Shown: positions 44,872 to 56,687, counted from the first letter of the stretch. The stretch is 64,000 nt of DNA from Candidatus Dormiibacterota bacterium (GCA_963754015.1 CAVWEG010000004.1:262455-326454); one strand, 5' to 3'. Translations and numbers: made by a program. The notes: generated by a model not told the origin, from the letters alone.

Positions 44872-45414
44872 TTAGTGGATCTTGTGTGCGGGGTTGCCGG
44901 CCCAGACCTCGCCGGCTGGGACGTCGCGGATCACAACTGCCCCCATGCCAATTCGCGCGCCTTCTCCAATCACGATGAACGGCTTGAAAAGTGCTCCTTG
45001 GCCCACCCGATTGCCACCGACAAGCGTGACGTGGCCGCCGACTGATGAATGTGGCGCAATCTCACACCCATCACCGATCACGGCGTCATGACCGATGTGG
45101 ACTCCCTTCATCAACCAGCACTTCCCAATCCGTGTTGGACCGAGGAGTCCCGCATCGATCGTACACAAAGCCTCGATCCGTGCTTGTCGATCAATGATGG
45201 GAACGATCCCGGGTGTACCGATCGGATGGTCACGGTGCTCTGGGGGTCTTCCGATGACGGCAGTTGGATCCACGAACTTCCCCCAATGCGAAGCGTCCGT
45301 GCAGCGGTCGCATGTGCCGTGATTAACGGCGGGCAGCTTCCGGCCGCAAAAGTAGCAGCGCGGCGGAAGATACGCATCGAGAGCAAGCGTCTTTCGTGCG
45401 GGTGCTGTTGCCAT
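44872..45414 (-). CDS. Left-handed beta-helix (hexapeptide-repeat) acyltransferase with N-terminal Cys4 motif
   Basis: Hexapeptide repeats IGHDAVIGDGCEIAPHSSVGGHVTLVGGNRVGQGALF...IGEGARIGMGAVV; N-terminal CYFCG...CDRC. Confidence 0.8.
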   Translation of the reverse strand: MATAPARKTLALDAYLPPRCYFCGRKLPAVNHGTCDRCTDASHWGKFVDPTAVIGRPPEHRDHPIGTPGIVPIIDRQARIEALCTIDAGLLGPTRIGKCWLMKGVHIGHDAVIGDGCEIAPHSSVGGHVTLVGGNRVGQGALFKPFIVIGEGARIGMGAVVIRDVPAGEVWAGNPAHKIH

Positions 45415-45568
45415 GCATCTGCCTTTACACCACCAACTCGCCAGCCTGAGTAAAGGCCGAAACGGTCGTGGTGGGCGAGCTTAAGCCCTGCCGCACTCCG
45501 CGTCTGCTCGGTAACAGACATAGGCTTACCCATCACGTATGAGATCTCCGGGAAGGCACTCTGCCGCA

Positions 45569-46121
45569 CTACCGCCGCATACGTCGCCACCAAGGCCGCC
45601 CGACGTATCGACGGGTGGCATCCAGATGCGCTCGGACGCCAGGCGGGAAGTCGAGGGTTGGGACGGAGTCACCGGCGAGCCCCGAGCTCCGATAGCTCGT
45701 GATCAGCCAACGCCACGGCTCGGCGTCATATTCGTCGAGCGTCTCCCGCGCGTTGCGGCCGATCATCGTGCAAAGTCGGACGAACTCTTCAGGATGCCCC
45801 TGGGTTGCCGCTTCGAACATCGCGCGCTCGCGTGCCGTCGGCGGTCTTTCGCTCTCGGCCATCGGCACCGAGGCTAGCACCGGTACCAATCGGTGCAGAA
45901 CAAGCTTGCACCGCGTCACGACCTGAAAGAGTCGCGGGCTCACCCAGGCAAATGGCGGGACCGCAAACCGGCACGGTCGAACGCCTGGATTGCAGCAAAC
46001 CCAGCTCCGCGGCCTGCTGATCCGCTCTCTCCTGGACATAAGCCAGCGCAAGTCGCCACGGCCTAAGGAAGAACCCACACTCCCGAACGAAAGCCGGATT
46101 CTCGGAGATATTCATCGGCAC
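45569..46121 (-). pseudogene. Hypothetical gene, possibly split between two frames
   Basis: ORF 45789..46121 has a plausible N-terminal part (MNISENPAFVRECGFFLRPWRLALAYVQERADQQAAELGLLQ). ORF 45569..46078 has a plausible C-terminal part (PTARERAMFEAATQGHPEEFVRLCTMIGRNARETLDEYDAEPWRWL). They are in different frames. Confidence 0.3.
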
Positions 46122-46157
46122 GTCTCGATTCGCCCTTCAGCCCAAACTCCTCGATGA

Positions 46158-46799
46158 TCAGGGCTCCCCGAAGCCGACGCCTCGACACCCTCTCATCAGG
46201 TCATTAGCTGACGGTGCGCGGCTCAATCCATGGCGATGGCGAAGAAGCCCGATGAAGACGAGATGGAATTTCGAGGGTGTCATCAACTCCACCCATTCCA
46301 GCAGACGTTCCAGGGTTCGTCGCGGATTCGTGCGACGTTTGCAGCAGCGACGCCAGGGAGAGTTGAAGTCCAGCGATCCGGTGCGGAGTCTGTAACTGTC
46401 GGCTCGCCCGAACTCGGAGAATGAGCTGGCGAATCGTATTCGCAATGTCGCTGTGCGGTGCACCGAGGAACAAGTCACGGCGAGCCTGGCTGACGTCGGC
46501 TTCGATGAGCAGCAGCGGGGCCGACGCGTAAAGCGAAGCCAATTGGGGGGGCTTGTACGCGCCTCGACAGCAGCGACTTCGTTCCCAATCATCGCTCCTA
46601 AATCGGCTGCCTCGATCTGGAACGCTAGCTGGGTCGTGAGGTGCGGGGACCTGCACAAGTAGGTCGAGATCATGGCCAGCGTGGCGGCTCGGCGCGCTCT
46701 GCGACCGCGTCGAAGTCGTGGGGAGCAAGATAATTCGCCAACCTTACGCGTTGTCTTTGCGCCCAGTTTGTGCGATGAGCGCATCTGCAAAACGGTCAC
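46158..46799 (-). pseudogene. Hypothetical gene with coding-like segments alternating between two frames
   Basis: Overlapping ORFs 46158..46799 and 46204..46728 each contain stretches that look coding (APLLLIEADVSQARRDLFLGAPHSDIANTIRQLIL; TLERLLEWVELMTPSKFHLVFIG). Confidence 0.25.
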
Positions 46800-48477
46800 T
46801 CAACGCGGCGATCGTCAGTGACGGATTGGGCCCGACTGGTCCAGGCATGACAGATCCGTCTGCAATGAAGAGGCCGGGGTAGTTGAAGACCTCCCCGTTG
46901 GCGTCGACTACGCCGTCGTCTGCGCTTCGGCCCATGGGGCAGCCACCGAGCCCGTGGACCGTAATGACTTTTCGCAAATACCAAAGCGGGTTGATCTCAA
47001 AGTCCGCATCGAGCTCGTCAGCCAAGCGCGCCATTGTTGCCTTCACTCGATCGAAATAGGTCGTGGAACGAGACAAGTCCCAGTGCAGCTGCAACCACTT
47101 GTCCCGCAGTGACATCACTCCATTAGGGGTGTCACGCCCCATGCCGAGCAGGATCATGAAGCCGTCAGAAGCTTCTCCGTCACCCAAAAAGAGTGAGAGC
47201 TCGCCACCCAGATCGCTCTTGGGCGTATGCCGAAGAGCTCCCCAGATCTCTCGCGCTGCAAACCTTGTGGCGCGAATCGCCTCGTTGGGTGTGTCGGCAG
47301 CCTCGAGCGCCCATTGCGCGAAAGTTGGTAGACCGCCTTCTTGGATGTAGTAGCCGGGGCCATCACCGCCGTCGACGGTGTCCGCAACACGTAGGGTACT
47401 TGTGATCACCGGTCCGAACGATGGTGCAAAGCTCGAGTCACGATCTTTCGCCGTCCACCCTTTGGGCCGGCGGATGAAGCCGAGAAGATCGCCATTGCCG
47501 GACAGGCGTGTGCCCAACGCTTTGCTGAGCAACGGAAAGTGAGCACTGTTTCTCAACAATAAGTAGGTGGTCCCGAACGTACCCGCGGACAGCACCGAGC
47601 GATCACAGGTGACAACATTGAGCGTCAGCGCCGCCGTATCCGTCTTACGACCCTCATCGTCGGGCGAATGCTCCACATAGCAAACGCTGAAACCTCCGTC
47701 CGGATGAGGGGCGAAACTACGGACCTCGCAGCGTGTTCGCAGCAATGCGCCTTCGCGTTGCGCCATGCTCAGATAGTTGTAGTCAAGACTGTTCTTCGAT
47801 CCGTAATTGCACCCTACGTCGCATTCACCGACCAGGCGGCAGGTGTATCGCGTGCGACCGTGCAGGTTGGGCTCCGCTTCCGCGATTGGCTCACCTGGGA
47901 TCGCGCTATGCCCCGGATTGCTGAATGTCACGGCAAGGTTCGGTAAGCTCCAATCCAACCCCGCTCGCTGTGCAGCCTCGCGAAAAGCCACTGTTTTCGG
48001 TGTCGAGGCGTACGGTTCGACGTCCAGCGGATAGCGCTGCGGTGCCAGCACCCGCTCGGCCTGGTCGTAATGCGGGTCAAGCTCGGCGCGAGACACCGGC
48101 CATTCCTCGGCTGCGCCCGTCACGGGGTTCGGTTGGACAAACCAGCGCTCATCCTTGCGAATGAGCACATTCGCATAGATCAGCGATCCGCCGCCGAGTC
48201 CGGCGGAGGCGACTGCCTCGATCTCGGACGACGCCCAGGCCTGAAACAGACCATGGCCGCCCTCGCTGGGATCCCAAAAATTGCCGGTCATCGCGCGCGG
48301 ACTTCGCGGAAACGATCCTGGCGGGTACGGCTTGCCGCGCTCAAGAACGCAGACGCTCAGCTTGGCAGCGGCCGTCTTATACGCCATGACTGATCCGCCA
48401 AAGCCTGAGCCAACGACGACCACATCGAAGTGGCCCCTAGCCTTCACAGTCGCTCGCATGAACGCAGTCATCGTCAA
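46744..48477 (-). CDS. GMC-family FAD-dependent oxidoreductase (cholesterol-oxidase-like)
   Basis: N-terminal FDVVVVGSGFGGSVMAYK...VLERG (FAD GxGxxG); C-terminal HGLGGCPMG...GLFIADGSVMPGPVGPNPSLTIAALS. Confidence 0.9.
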   Translation of the reverse strand: MTMTAFMRATVKARGHFDVVVVGSGFGGSVMAYKTAAAKLSVCVLERGKPYPPGSFPRSPRAMTGNFWDPSEGGHGLFQAWASSEIEAVASAGLGGGSLIYANVLIRKDERWFVQPNPVTGAAEEWPVSRAELDPHYDQAERVLAPQRYPLDVEPYASTPKTVAFREAAQRAGLDWSLPNLAVTFSNPGHSAIPGEPIAEAEPNLHGRTRYTCRLVGECDVGCNYGSKNSLDYNYLSMAQREGALLRTRCEVRSFAPHPDGGFSVCYVEHSPDDEGRKTDTAALTLNVVTCDRSVLSAGTFGTTYLLLRNSAHFPLLSKALGTRLSGNGDLLGFIRRPKGWTAKDRDSSFAPSFGPVITSTLRVADTVDGGDGPGYYIQEGGLPTFAQWALEAADTPNEAIRATRFAAREIWGALRHTPKSDLGGELSLFLGDGEASDGFMILLGMGRDTPNGVMSLRDKWLQLHWDLSRSTTYFDRVKATMARLADELDADFEINPLWYLRKVITVHGLGGCPMGRSADDGVVDANGEVFNYPGLFIADGSVMPGPVGPNPSLTIAALSDRFADALIAQTGRKDNA

Positions 48478-48567
48478 CAGCGCATGGATGGTTCATCGAC
48501 AATCCAAGGCGCGCGACGATCGACCCATAGGCGAGGGGGGCCGCCACGAGCTGTGCGCACCGGCGGC

Positions 48568-49492
48568 TCATGCGGCCGCGAGCTTCAAGGTTGCGACAGT
48601 GACATGGGGCCAGCTCAGTCCGTTGAAATTGAGCAGCACGGTCTGGCTGTACTGCAGTTGCTGAATGTTGGGCGTCCCCTGCACCGTTTCCAGCCAGAAT
48701 GTCGCCGTCACCAGTGCAGCATTGGCGTTCGGACCGCCGCTGCCGCCCACCAGGAAGGCTGTGTTGAGCGTCCCGCCGCCTTCGACTGGAAGATCCGTGG
48801 TGGAGACCTGCAAGGTAATCGTCTGCACGATGGTTTGCCCCGCTAACGCACCCACGAGCACGCTATTGGGATCATCAACCATCGCCTGGGTAATCCCCTC
48901 TAACTGCGCAGGCGGCGTGCGGAAGGCCGTCGTTGTCGCAAGGTTTTGCTCCGGAAATGGTGAGGGGCCAGGTGGATTACCGATGCTGAAGGGGTTGAGG
49001 TTGATCACCGGGATGGAGGGACCACCCGTCGCGACGCTCGCGAGTCCTTGGGCCAGAATCGTCGTCCCATGAGGGATCGAGCCGAGTTCGCGCAATGCTC
49101 GCTGAGACAGCCGGATTGGTAGTCGACGGAATGTTCAGCCATACGCCAGGTTCGATGTGCAAGCCGTTGTTCGATGGAGGCAGGTTGACATCGCTGATCT
49201 GCTGCAGATAGCGCAGACCTCCCATGGTGATATCTGATTGCAGCAGACCCCGGTTCGGAATGCCCCCTGGAATCTGATCAAACTCCAGGATCTCACTGGT
49301 GCTGTTCAGTTCGAGAAAGCGGTCTTGTCCGCTTGTCAAAGTGTTTGGTCTCCAAATCGCATTGAAGCCACTCCCGGACCACTTTCCGACAAAGCCGGCA
49401 AGCGATCCGAGATCGTCGGCCGGAGCCGGTTCCGGGGTGGGCGGCGGCGGCGATGGGTTCGGGTTATACGCGAAGGTCGGCTCAAGGTTCAT
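48568..49492 (-). pseudogene. Conserved hypothetical protein interrupted by a single frameshift near 49080-49095
   Basis: GGAG upstream of ATG 49492. ORF 48977..49534 reads well up to ...WLNIPSTTNPAVSASIA, then degenerates. ORF 48568..49095 continues RELGSIPHGTTILAQG... to a clean end in another frame. Confidence 0.6.
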
Positions 49493-50358
49493 CGTTTCTC
49501 CTCGATGCTCCAGCGAGCGATATCCATCCAACAAATCGACTTTCCATCCGCCACGTGGGCATCGTTGGCTGGGATGGATCCGCCGTTCTCAATCCAACCC
49601 AGGTAGTGTGTTGCTCTCCGGGCAAACTGGCGCCCTCGTAAGCCGCCGCGACGGTGCACCATGGCGCTCCTACCGTCGCAGATGCACAACCGTGAACGCA
49701 CCGTGTGTGATGGTCAAGACCTGTAAGAGAGGCCGCGCCAAGGAGACTGTTCACAACGCCGGCCTGACGACGCCAACCACCAAAGCCTCCCCGCCTGTTG
49801 CGAATCCACCTTCCGTTCCGAACAAGAACGGGGCGATGGTAGGCGCTTCCCTCGACACTGTCAAGTCGAATCTGCTCCTGGCGACCAGCTGACCGGCATC
49901 CCTCCCGGTTGAGCAAGTTCGTGGCTGCGCGGAGCGTCGAGCGATAGCAGCTGAAAGAGGCTATGGGCACGGAGGCGACGTCAAGGCCTTGTGTCGACGG
50001 GCACGCACGACGCCAGGAGGACCGTCATTTGCGGCGTACCCTGGCGCCTCTGGGCCCGGTGGCTTGAGTACTCGCTGACGCGAGCTGACGAGTTCACCGG
50101 GCTCACTCGTTTCAGGGATCGAATCAGCGAAGCCCCGTCGCGCATTGCTGAGATGACCAAGGTTCGGCTCCGACGGTGGGCTCGCTTGAGAACTGCACCG
50201 GGGAGAACCTCTCGTCGAACTCGTACTGTACGAGAAGCGCTTCCGCTACTACTGCGGGCCGTCGCGCCAAACTCGCCCCGCGCCGAGGAACCCATCCGCC
50301 CGGACCCGTTGCGAGAGAGCCGGTGCACGGCGGTGCTGGATTCTGTTTGTTTGACGAC

Positions 50359-51198
50359 TTACGAACTCGGGACGGCGACCTGCGTCAACGAGTGTTGGGC
50401 AAGTCGCTCCCAGACGTGATGCGGCACGATCCCCCGTTTGAGCATGTCGATATCCGAGGGGCTGATTTCCAACGCCAGCGCTTCGGCCTCAAGCGCGTCG
50501 GGGGAATCGCGCAGACGCATCAGCCGGTCGGCCAAGGCGAGCGTCAACTCGGTGACCCGGGCCGTCGTGTCAGTGATGTGCTCTGTGGACCGCTGAATTT
50601 CATCGGGATCGTAAGCCCTATTGCGGAGCGCCATGACCGGGAGCCGTCCGAGCGCCGCGACATCCTCCATCTTCAAGTTTGGGTCACGCGGTGTAAGGCT
50701 ATGCACACGCGTCGCCACCACCTTGGCGGCAATCTGCGCCCCACTGTGCTTCTGCGCCGGGCTGAGACCGAGCACAATGCCTGGCCCTGTTATGGAACTC
50801 AGCCGGTTGTAGAACATCGCCATGAGGATGAAGAGAGCCACGAAGCTAATGAGGGCCACCTCCACCGCGTCGGTTGCTGAGCTGTTCGTCTTCGTAACCA
50901 CCGTGCCCGTGACCGGCGACGGCGTTGCTGTGGGCGGTTCCTGTGATGCAGAGGTTGGCGAAGGGGCCGCCCCTGCGTAGGTCGTCGCCGTAACCGAGGA
51001 TGTCTCAAGGCTGTCGACAGCCCGCAAACCCGCTGCTAACGCAACCACCAGCGCGAGAAGGCCGAGGATGATCCGCGGCCCCCAATTTGCGTCGTCTCCG
51101 CCGACATGTCCGCTCACCCGAACTCCGTCCCGAAATCGCAGTCCATGACCGGCATCCCTCCGTGGCCAGCCCACGGACGCGGGCGGCGGCCGCATCAT
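50359..51198 (-). CDS. Hypothetical membrane protein (two TM segments)
   Basis: TM segments IILGLLALVVALAAGL and VALISFVALFILMAMFY; Ser/Thr/Pro-rich linker. Confidence 0.55.
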   Translation of the reverse strand: MMRPPPASVGWPRRDAGHGLRFRDGVRVSGHVGGDDANWGPRIILGLLALVVALAAGLRAVDSLETSSVTATTYAGAAPSPTSASQEPPTATPSPVTGTVVTKTNSSATDAVEVALISFVALFILMAMFYNRLSSITGPGIVLGLSPAQKHSGAQIAAKVVATRVHSLTPRDPNLKMEDVAALGRLPVMALRNRAYDPDEIQRSTEHITDTTARVTELTLALADRLMRLRDSPDALEAEALALEISPSDIDMLKRGIVPHHVWERLAQHSLTQVAVPSS

Positions 51199-51881
51199 AG
51201 TCCCGCCGGAACCCAGGAGACAAGAGGACCGTCACCGAACTCGGAACGACGGTCGCAGCATCGGTAGCAATCTGCTTGCTTGGGTCGCCACATGCCCTGC
51301 GACATGCACCGGAAATCCCCGAGACGCCAAACGGACCCAGCAGGGCAACTCCTCACAACGTACGTCAGCGCGACCAATCCACCCAGAACTCTGCGACGCT
51401 CAGGGGATACGCGCCACGAAGAGTCCAAAGGCTTTGAGCACGAAGCTGTCGAAAACGCAGCCGGCAACGCCAACGCTGCATCCCCAACCTCCGGCCGAGG
51501 GTCGTGACTCAAAAGTGAGACCCCCGGCACGCCGCCGAGGGCCTCATCAGGAAGGGAAATGAGTTTCGCAGTGACACCGGGAAAACGGATCCATGTCTTC
51601 CGGACAGCATCTTACCGTCTGTCGATTGTTGACCGTTACCGCTTCATATGCGCTCGGTTATTCGTCGCCATCAACGCGTCGATATCCGTTCGCATCGCAG
51701 GGGGACGCATGCAGGCCCTGCGTATTCCCCAGCTCGGGATGCCCCAGGTCCGGCAAGTCGGGCGCTGGCTCGATCGTCCCGTTCGCAGGAACCATCGGAG
51801 CGGCGACCGGGATCGTGGGGCAGGGGTCAACGTGTCCCGGACGTTGAGCCGGACTAGCAGCGGACGTGCCTTGCAACCCGC

Positions 51882-52298
51882 TCACTGTCGCCCTGCGGCC
51901 GACGCCGCCTCCGTGTCCGGATGCGCCGGAGCCGGCGGCTCGGAACGCTTCTCGTAATGCTCGTCGTTCTCCTCGGCTCGCACCAGCAACTGCGCACCTT
52001 CGCCGCCGGGGAGCAGGATGGTGCACGCCGAATGCGGCGGATGACCGTCCAGCTTCGCAAGCAACGTCAACAGGTTGCGCCGGCTGAGCGTTACCACCAT
52101 CTCGGTCCGCGTGACCCGACAGGTAGGCTCACGACGACCGAGGCTAAACGCTCTCATTTCCTCGCGTAGATTTCCTCTTTCGAGACCCTCGTCATGTGAC
52201 ATGCGAACACCGGACAGCGGAAGAACAACGACGCCCCTTGAGTCCAACGCCCGAGCGAAGGCGGGAGCCGCGTCGAGCGGATCCATGGGGCGAAGCAT
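51882..52298 (-). CDS. Small conserved hypothetical protein, TLSxRNLLxLLAKL family, copy 3 (start uncertain)
   Basis: RTEMVVTLSRRNLLTLLAKLDGHPPHSACTILLPGGEGAQLLVRAEENDEHY closely parallels 7007..7273. Confidence 0.55.
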   Translation of the reverse strand: MLRPMDPLDAAPAFARALDSRGVVVLPLSGVRMSHDEGLERGNLREEMRAFSLGRREPTCRVTRTEMVVTLSRRNLLTLLAKLDGHPPHSACTILLPGGEGAQLLVRAEENDEHYEKRSEPPAPAHPDTEAASAAGRQ

Positions 52299-52528
52299 CG
52301 AAGCACCCCTGATCGGTCAACCGTAAGGAGGACCGTCGATGACATCCTCCACCTCGGCTAGCGCCTGCTGTACGAAGCCTCCGGTTGCGGTGCAACGGCA
52401 TCGCTGAAAGCGCAGTCAGCGCGCCGAGGGCGACCCGGGACGACAAGATATCTCGGGAACCTTGCAAGCGCGCCAGAAAACCGTCAACATCGCCCGCAGA
52501 AGACCCTCTCTAGGGTCCATCTCAGGAG

Positions 52529-53200
52529 GTGGCATCCATGCGCAAGCCGCTCATCCTTGGCGTGGTGGCGCTGCTCGTTGGAGGCTCCGTCATCGGGTTT
52601 CCGAAGGCCGTTCACGCCTCGGCTCCTTGTTACTACTCAGAGTTTCAAGACCCATTGGGGAACGTCGTTTATCTTTCGCATGACAATGATTGGGTCAACG
52701 AGACTCTCAGCATTTGGCAGATTCGCGGAGCCGGCTCCATCGGATGCACGCCGTGGAAGAATCACGTGTACGGCGATACCGAGGTCGAGATTTCTTGGCA
52801 TACGGACAACGGCACGCTGTTGAGAGACGAGCCCAATAACCCGGACGTCTCACTGACTCTCGAGGCGTGGACCTACGATACGACCTACAACGATGCCTAC
52901 TTCACGTATGCACCTAGCTGGTACTTCTACTACGACACGGGCTCGGACCACGGGGGCTATAGCTGGTATTACACTGGCGGCGGTCCCGCAGGCACCGCGA
53001 GTTCTGGGAACTACGTGAGCGATATCGCGCTCCTCAACCCCAGCGGCAATGACGTTTGTGGTGTCGATCTCAGCGATGGTTGGGGATCTCCCGCCGGGGG
53101 CGGCGCCGCACACACCCGCTACGTAGACTACGACGGCTACATCTACACAACGTCGAGTCACGTCTTTCCTCTTGCCGATTACCTTGGGTGCCCCGGATGA
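52529..53200 (+). CDS. Secreted cysteine-containing protein, paralog family A
   Basis: Signal peptide MASMRKPLILGVVALLVGGSVIGFPKAVHA/S; APCYY, GCTPWKNHVYGD, C-terminal LGCPG. Confidence 0.8.
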   Translation: MASMRKPLILGVVALLVGGSVIGFPKAVHASAPCYYSEFQDPLGNVVYLSHDNDWVNETLSIWQIRGAGSIGCTPWKNHVYGDTEVEISWHTDNGTLLRDEPNNPDVSLTLEAWTYDTTYNDAYFTYAPSWYFYYDTGSDHGGYSWYYTGGGPAGTASSGNYVSDIALLNPSGNDVCGVDLSDGWGSPAGGGAAHTRYVDYDGYIYTTSSHVFPLADYLGCPG

Positions 53201-53635
53201 CCCAAGCATTACGCTCACCATGTAAAACGCCTCAAGGTGTCCGGCAGGGTCACGGGGACGGGCGAAGGCCCCAACTCCCGGGTCTCGCCAACAGGCATAT
53301 GCTGAGCGCGGGAACAGGAAAGGACAGCGGCTGCGCCGGCGCTACGCGAGGCTAATCGAGGACGACGAGGCTAGACGCTTGAGGACATATTCCCCTGTCT
53401 GAATGAGACCCTCGGCATCACGTCGGGGGTCTCTCGTTTCTCGCGGCCTCTAGGTCACCCTGTGCGCCCCTGGAGCTACTCCTCGCAGCACCGTCTTGAC
53501 GCGCCTCGGCCATTCAGCGTAAAACTCCTCCACCGACCGCCACACGGAGTCAGGAGGGACCGAGGACGCAATGGAAGTGTTAGACCTCAGCTACGTCTAC
53601 CACAATGGTCCGACGACATCCCGCGTACGCGCGGA

Positions 53636-53905
53636 ATGACAGGGCAGGTCGAGATTTGCATCACTGCCACCTGCCTCCTGGATGGAGCTCACATGGATGC
53701 TGCTATGGAGCGTGCTGCTGACGTTATATACAGGCGCCACCAGCGCGGAGGACCGTGCATTGCCGGCGACCTCGAGGCCGGCGTGATCAGCATCCTCACG
53801 TTCGTTGACGATGAAGATTGCGACGCGTGGCTGCCGCAGCTGCGCGCGCTGTGTTTGGCGATTGAGGGCAGCATAGACAGCGTCACCGTTGGTCCGCCGG
53901 TCTAG
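53636..53905 (+). CDS. Small hypothetical protein (89 aa)
   Basis: Internal ATG of ORF 53462..53905; the downstream part looks coding; no family recognised. Confidence 0.3.
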   Translation: MTGQVEICITATCLLDGAHMDAAMERAADVIYRRHQRGGPCIAGDLEAGVISILTFVDDEDCDAWLPQLRALCLAIEGSIDSVTVGPPV

Positions 53906-54444
53906 CTGCCTGATATCACCCACGGCTCGGCTTCACGGCTGCCGGTGACTGCGAACGTGTGGGAGCAACCCTTCATTGAGGTGTTGCAATGGCTCCAAAC
54001 GAGCTATTCGCAAGCTTCAATCCATGGAGCGCGCTCAGAACCGTGCCACACGGATGCTCCCATGGGCCGCGTAGTTCGTGCTGCAGATTCCACGAAGTCC
54101 CGCAGCCGCCGGGCTTTTCTTCCCTGTGCCGCCGAAGCGGGCCTAGGGTGACGCCGGTCGCTTCAGTCTGGGGCTTCCTGGCTTATGCGAAAGCTCGATT
54201 ACCTCGACAGATCGTGCTCTCTCGCCTTCCGTGGCGCGGCCTTGGCCGCGGCAGCCATCTGGCGCTGCGTTAGGAAGCGACTTGTCTCCAAGGGTCCTGT
54301 AGGCAGTTGCTCAAGGAATCCCTCGGGGGAGCCGACGAACGTGTCCTCTCCCAAGTTCTTCTGTGTCCGCTTAGCGGCCCATTTTCCGATCACTCTGCGA
54401 GTATAACGCTCCGCTGCCGGGACCAAACTTGCGTACAAGCTTCG

Positions 54445-56061
54445 TTACGCCCCTGCCCCTCGAGGGTCCGACCCGGCGATGACCATCGCACGGATCCATC
54501 CAATCGCCGTGAACACGAGGCAAAGGCCCGACACAAACATAGGGATGACCCAAAGGACTATCGGTGGTCGCGGCTCAACCGAAAGGAAGGCTGCCGCAAA
54601 CAACGACGCGCCGATCAACGCGATGGCAACGCCCCTCCAACTGCGGATCAACCACCTGACGCTGGCGTGCTGACCTGGTGGAAACACGATTGCCACGAAG
54701 ATCGCCGGCGCCGCAAGGATCAGCGTCGTGGCGCCCCCCTCATCGGAGTGATCACCCACAAGGTGTGCCGCGAGCCCTCCGATCAAGACCGCGAACGTAA
54801 GTGCCGCCAGTAGCAAAGTCGTCATCAAAACGCTCGGCGAGAGCGTGAGCGTGAGCACCGCCCGCTGCACAGCGATCGCGCCTTCGCGGTTGACATACAG
54901 GTGTGCGCGCTCGGCGCATGGCCGGCTGGCTTGAACGCTTGGAACAATCCCCCCGGCACCATCTTCGAAGCGTGCATCCGCTATGTGTATGCCCTCGGCG
55001 ACTGGGATCTCGGCGTGATAGGCGCTCGCGAGCTGAGCCTGAGGAACGAGAAACCCGACACGCGTCGAACTCAACCCGACGAGCACCGGTAGGTCTCCCC
55101 ACCGAAAGCTACGGCGCTCCGCCTCATTATCGAACTCGTACTTGAGGACGATTCGTTCGCGAGGCTGCGCATCGACGATGGCGTAGAGCGCGTAGCAGCG
55201 TGCAAAGTAGTTGCCAAGGACGGCGAGCCACTGTCGCGCGAACCACGCTGTGATCGCCGTCGTGAGATCTGCTGCTGCATGGTCGATTCGCGTCGCGATA
55301 TCTCCCAACTTCGCGTTGCGTCCGGAGTGAAGCCCCTTTCGCAAGGTCCGGACCGCATCGAGCGACCGTTCGACGGTAATAGTGGCGGCGTCAAACTCGT
55401 GACGTTCCAGCAACCCCGTGACCGTGTGCGCACTGGACATGAGACCCATTACATGCTCAAGATCCGCAAGCGTCACGCGCAGCCCAGAGCTGCCTGAGCT
55501 TCTGAGCTCTCGCAGGTCGGATTGTGCACGTTCAGCCGCAGTCACAAACCGTCGTCCGGTGGCTCGGATCGCGTCGCTGATTGCGCTCTCACTCGCGAGG
55601 TTAAGAAGCTGCACGCTGGAGGCCTGCGCCTGTGCCTCGTCCACTTCGGTCAGAAGCGCATCGATCAGCGCTTCGGCCTCCGGTGTGATCGGGGCGCCCA
55701 TCTGGGTGGTGCGAAACACTTGGTGGAAAACCGCAGTGGTCAGCTCCTGCCCGTCGCGTTTCGTCAAAATCGGCAGCGGTCCTCCGTCGGGCCGATACGA
55801 GTCGAAGTGTTGGAGTACCCCCGGCGTTTTCCCGATAAGCGTCAGAGGAACAATCAGGCCGCCGCGACGAGCGCGCATTCCCGCGAGCAGTTCATCGCTC
55901 AATGTCGGAATCGTGAGATCGACACTCGTATGCCGCCGAACCGTGCGAAAACTCACAAACTCTATGGTCTCGACGCGACGATGAACCCAATCGTCCCATC
56001 GATACAAGGGCTCCACCAGCCACCAAGCTTCTACGTCGAGATCGACACCGACGTCCTCCAC
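54445..56061 (-). CDS. Hypothetical protein with large soluble N-domain and about 4 C-terminal TM helices (538 aa)
   Basis: Long clean ORF. C-terminal hydrophobic segments LMTTLLLAALTFAVLIGGLAA, LILAAPAIFVAIVF, VAIALIGASLFAAAFL and IVLWVIPMFVSGLCLVFTAIGWI. Confidence 0.7.
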   Translation of the reverse strand: MEDVGVDLDVEAWWLVEPLYRWDDWVHRRVETIEFVSFRTVRRHTSVDLTIPTLSDELLAGMRARRGGLIVPLTLIGKTPGVLQHFDSYRPDGGPLPILTKRDGQELTTAVFHQVFRTTQMGAPITPEAEALIDALLTEVDEAQAQASSVQLLNLASESAISDAIRATGRRFVTAAERAQSDLRELRSSGSSGLRVTLADLEHVMGLMSSAHTVTGLLERHEFDAATITVERSLDAVRTLRKGLHSGRNAKLGDIATRIDHAAADLTTAITAWFARQWLAVLGNYFARCYALYAIVDAQPRERIVLKYEFDNEAERRSFRWGDLPVLVGLSSTRVGFLVPQAQLASAYHAEIPVAEGIHIADARFEDGAGGIVPSVQASRPCAERAHLYVNREGAIAVQRAVLTLTLSPSVLMTTLLLAALTFAVLIGGLAAHLVGDHSDEGGATTLILAAPAIFVAIVFPPGQHASVRWLIRSWRGVAIALIGASLFAAAFLSVEPRPPIVLWVIPMFVSGLCLVFTAIGWIRAMVIAGSDPRGAGA

Positions 56062-56347
56062 CGATGCGCCTCCTTCCTATCAGGCCGCGTAGCGATTGCG
56101 GAGCATAGGATCTTCCCGTAGGACTTGCAACCGCCAGTCGCGACTAGTCGGGGTGCCGCTCGACCTGACAGGTACGCTCGGCGTCGACGTTTCGCGAGGC
56201 TGGGGCGCCAACCACGCACGCCGACCGCTACCGTCGCACGAGAGCACAGGACGCTACCATCGAGGATCTGTGCTAGACGACTGATGCAACCAGTTTCGGA
56301 ATGGCTGCGGGAGGCGAGGGCGAATGCCCTGTGCTGCATGAGCGCCC

Positions 56348-56363
56348 GTCGATTGTTGACGAT
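56348..56363. promoter_or_regulatory. 16-bp palindromic motif, site 5 (GTCGATTGTTGACGAT)
   Basis: 14/16 match; about 325 bp upstream of secreted-protein gene 56688..57317. Confidence 0.45.
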
Positions 56364-56687
56364 TGCTGCGGTCTGCTCTGCAACTCACGGCCGCCGAACT
56401 TGAACTTGTCGACCTAGGCGCGGAACTTGGCGTCGACGTGCGTTCAATACTTCCCAACGACCGATTCGCTTCTGGTAGCTACCCGAACGACCCCGCGATC
56501 GCGTCCGCGACGTCATCGCGACGGGGAACACTCCAGCCTTCGAGCAAGAGGGCGCAGTGCGACGTTGCGTACAGCGTGGTCGCCGCCGTACCATCCCGCA
56601 CACGCGCAGTCCAGACCTCCGTAAATCGCTTCCTCGGTGCGACGAACCAAGTCGGATCAACCAGGGCATTAGGAGGAGCAACGCATC

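Noticed and set aside
48568-49534. Programmed ribosomal frameshift in the 48568/48977 gene
   Set aside because: No slippery heptamer or downstream structure is evident at the junction (…AGCATTGCGCGAACTCGGC…). A simple indel, either a mutation or a sequencing error, is more parsimonious.
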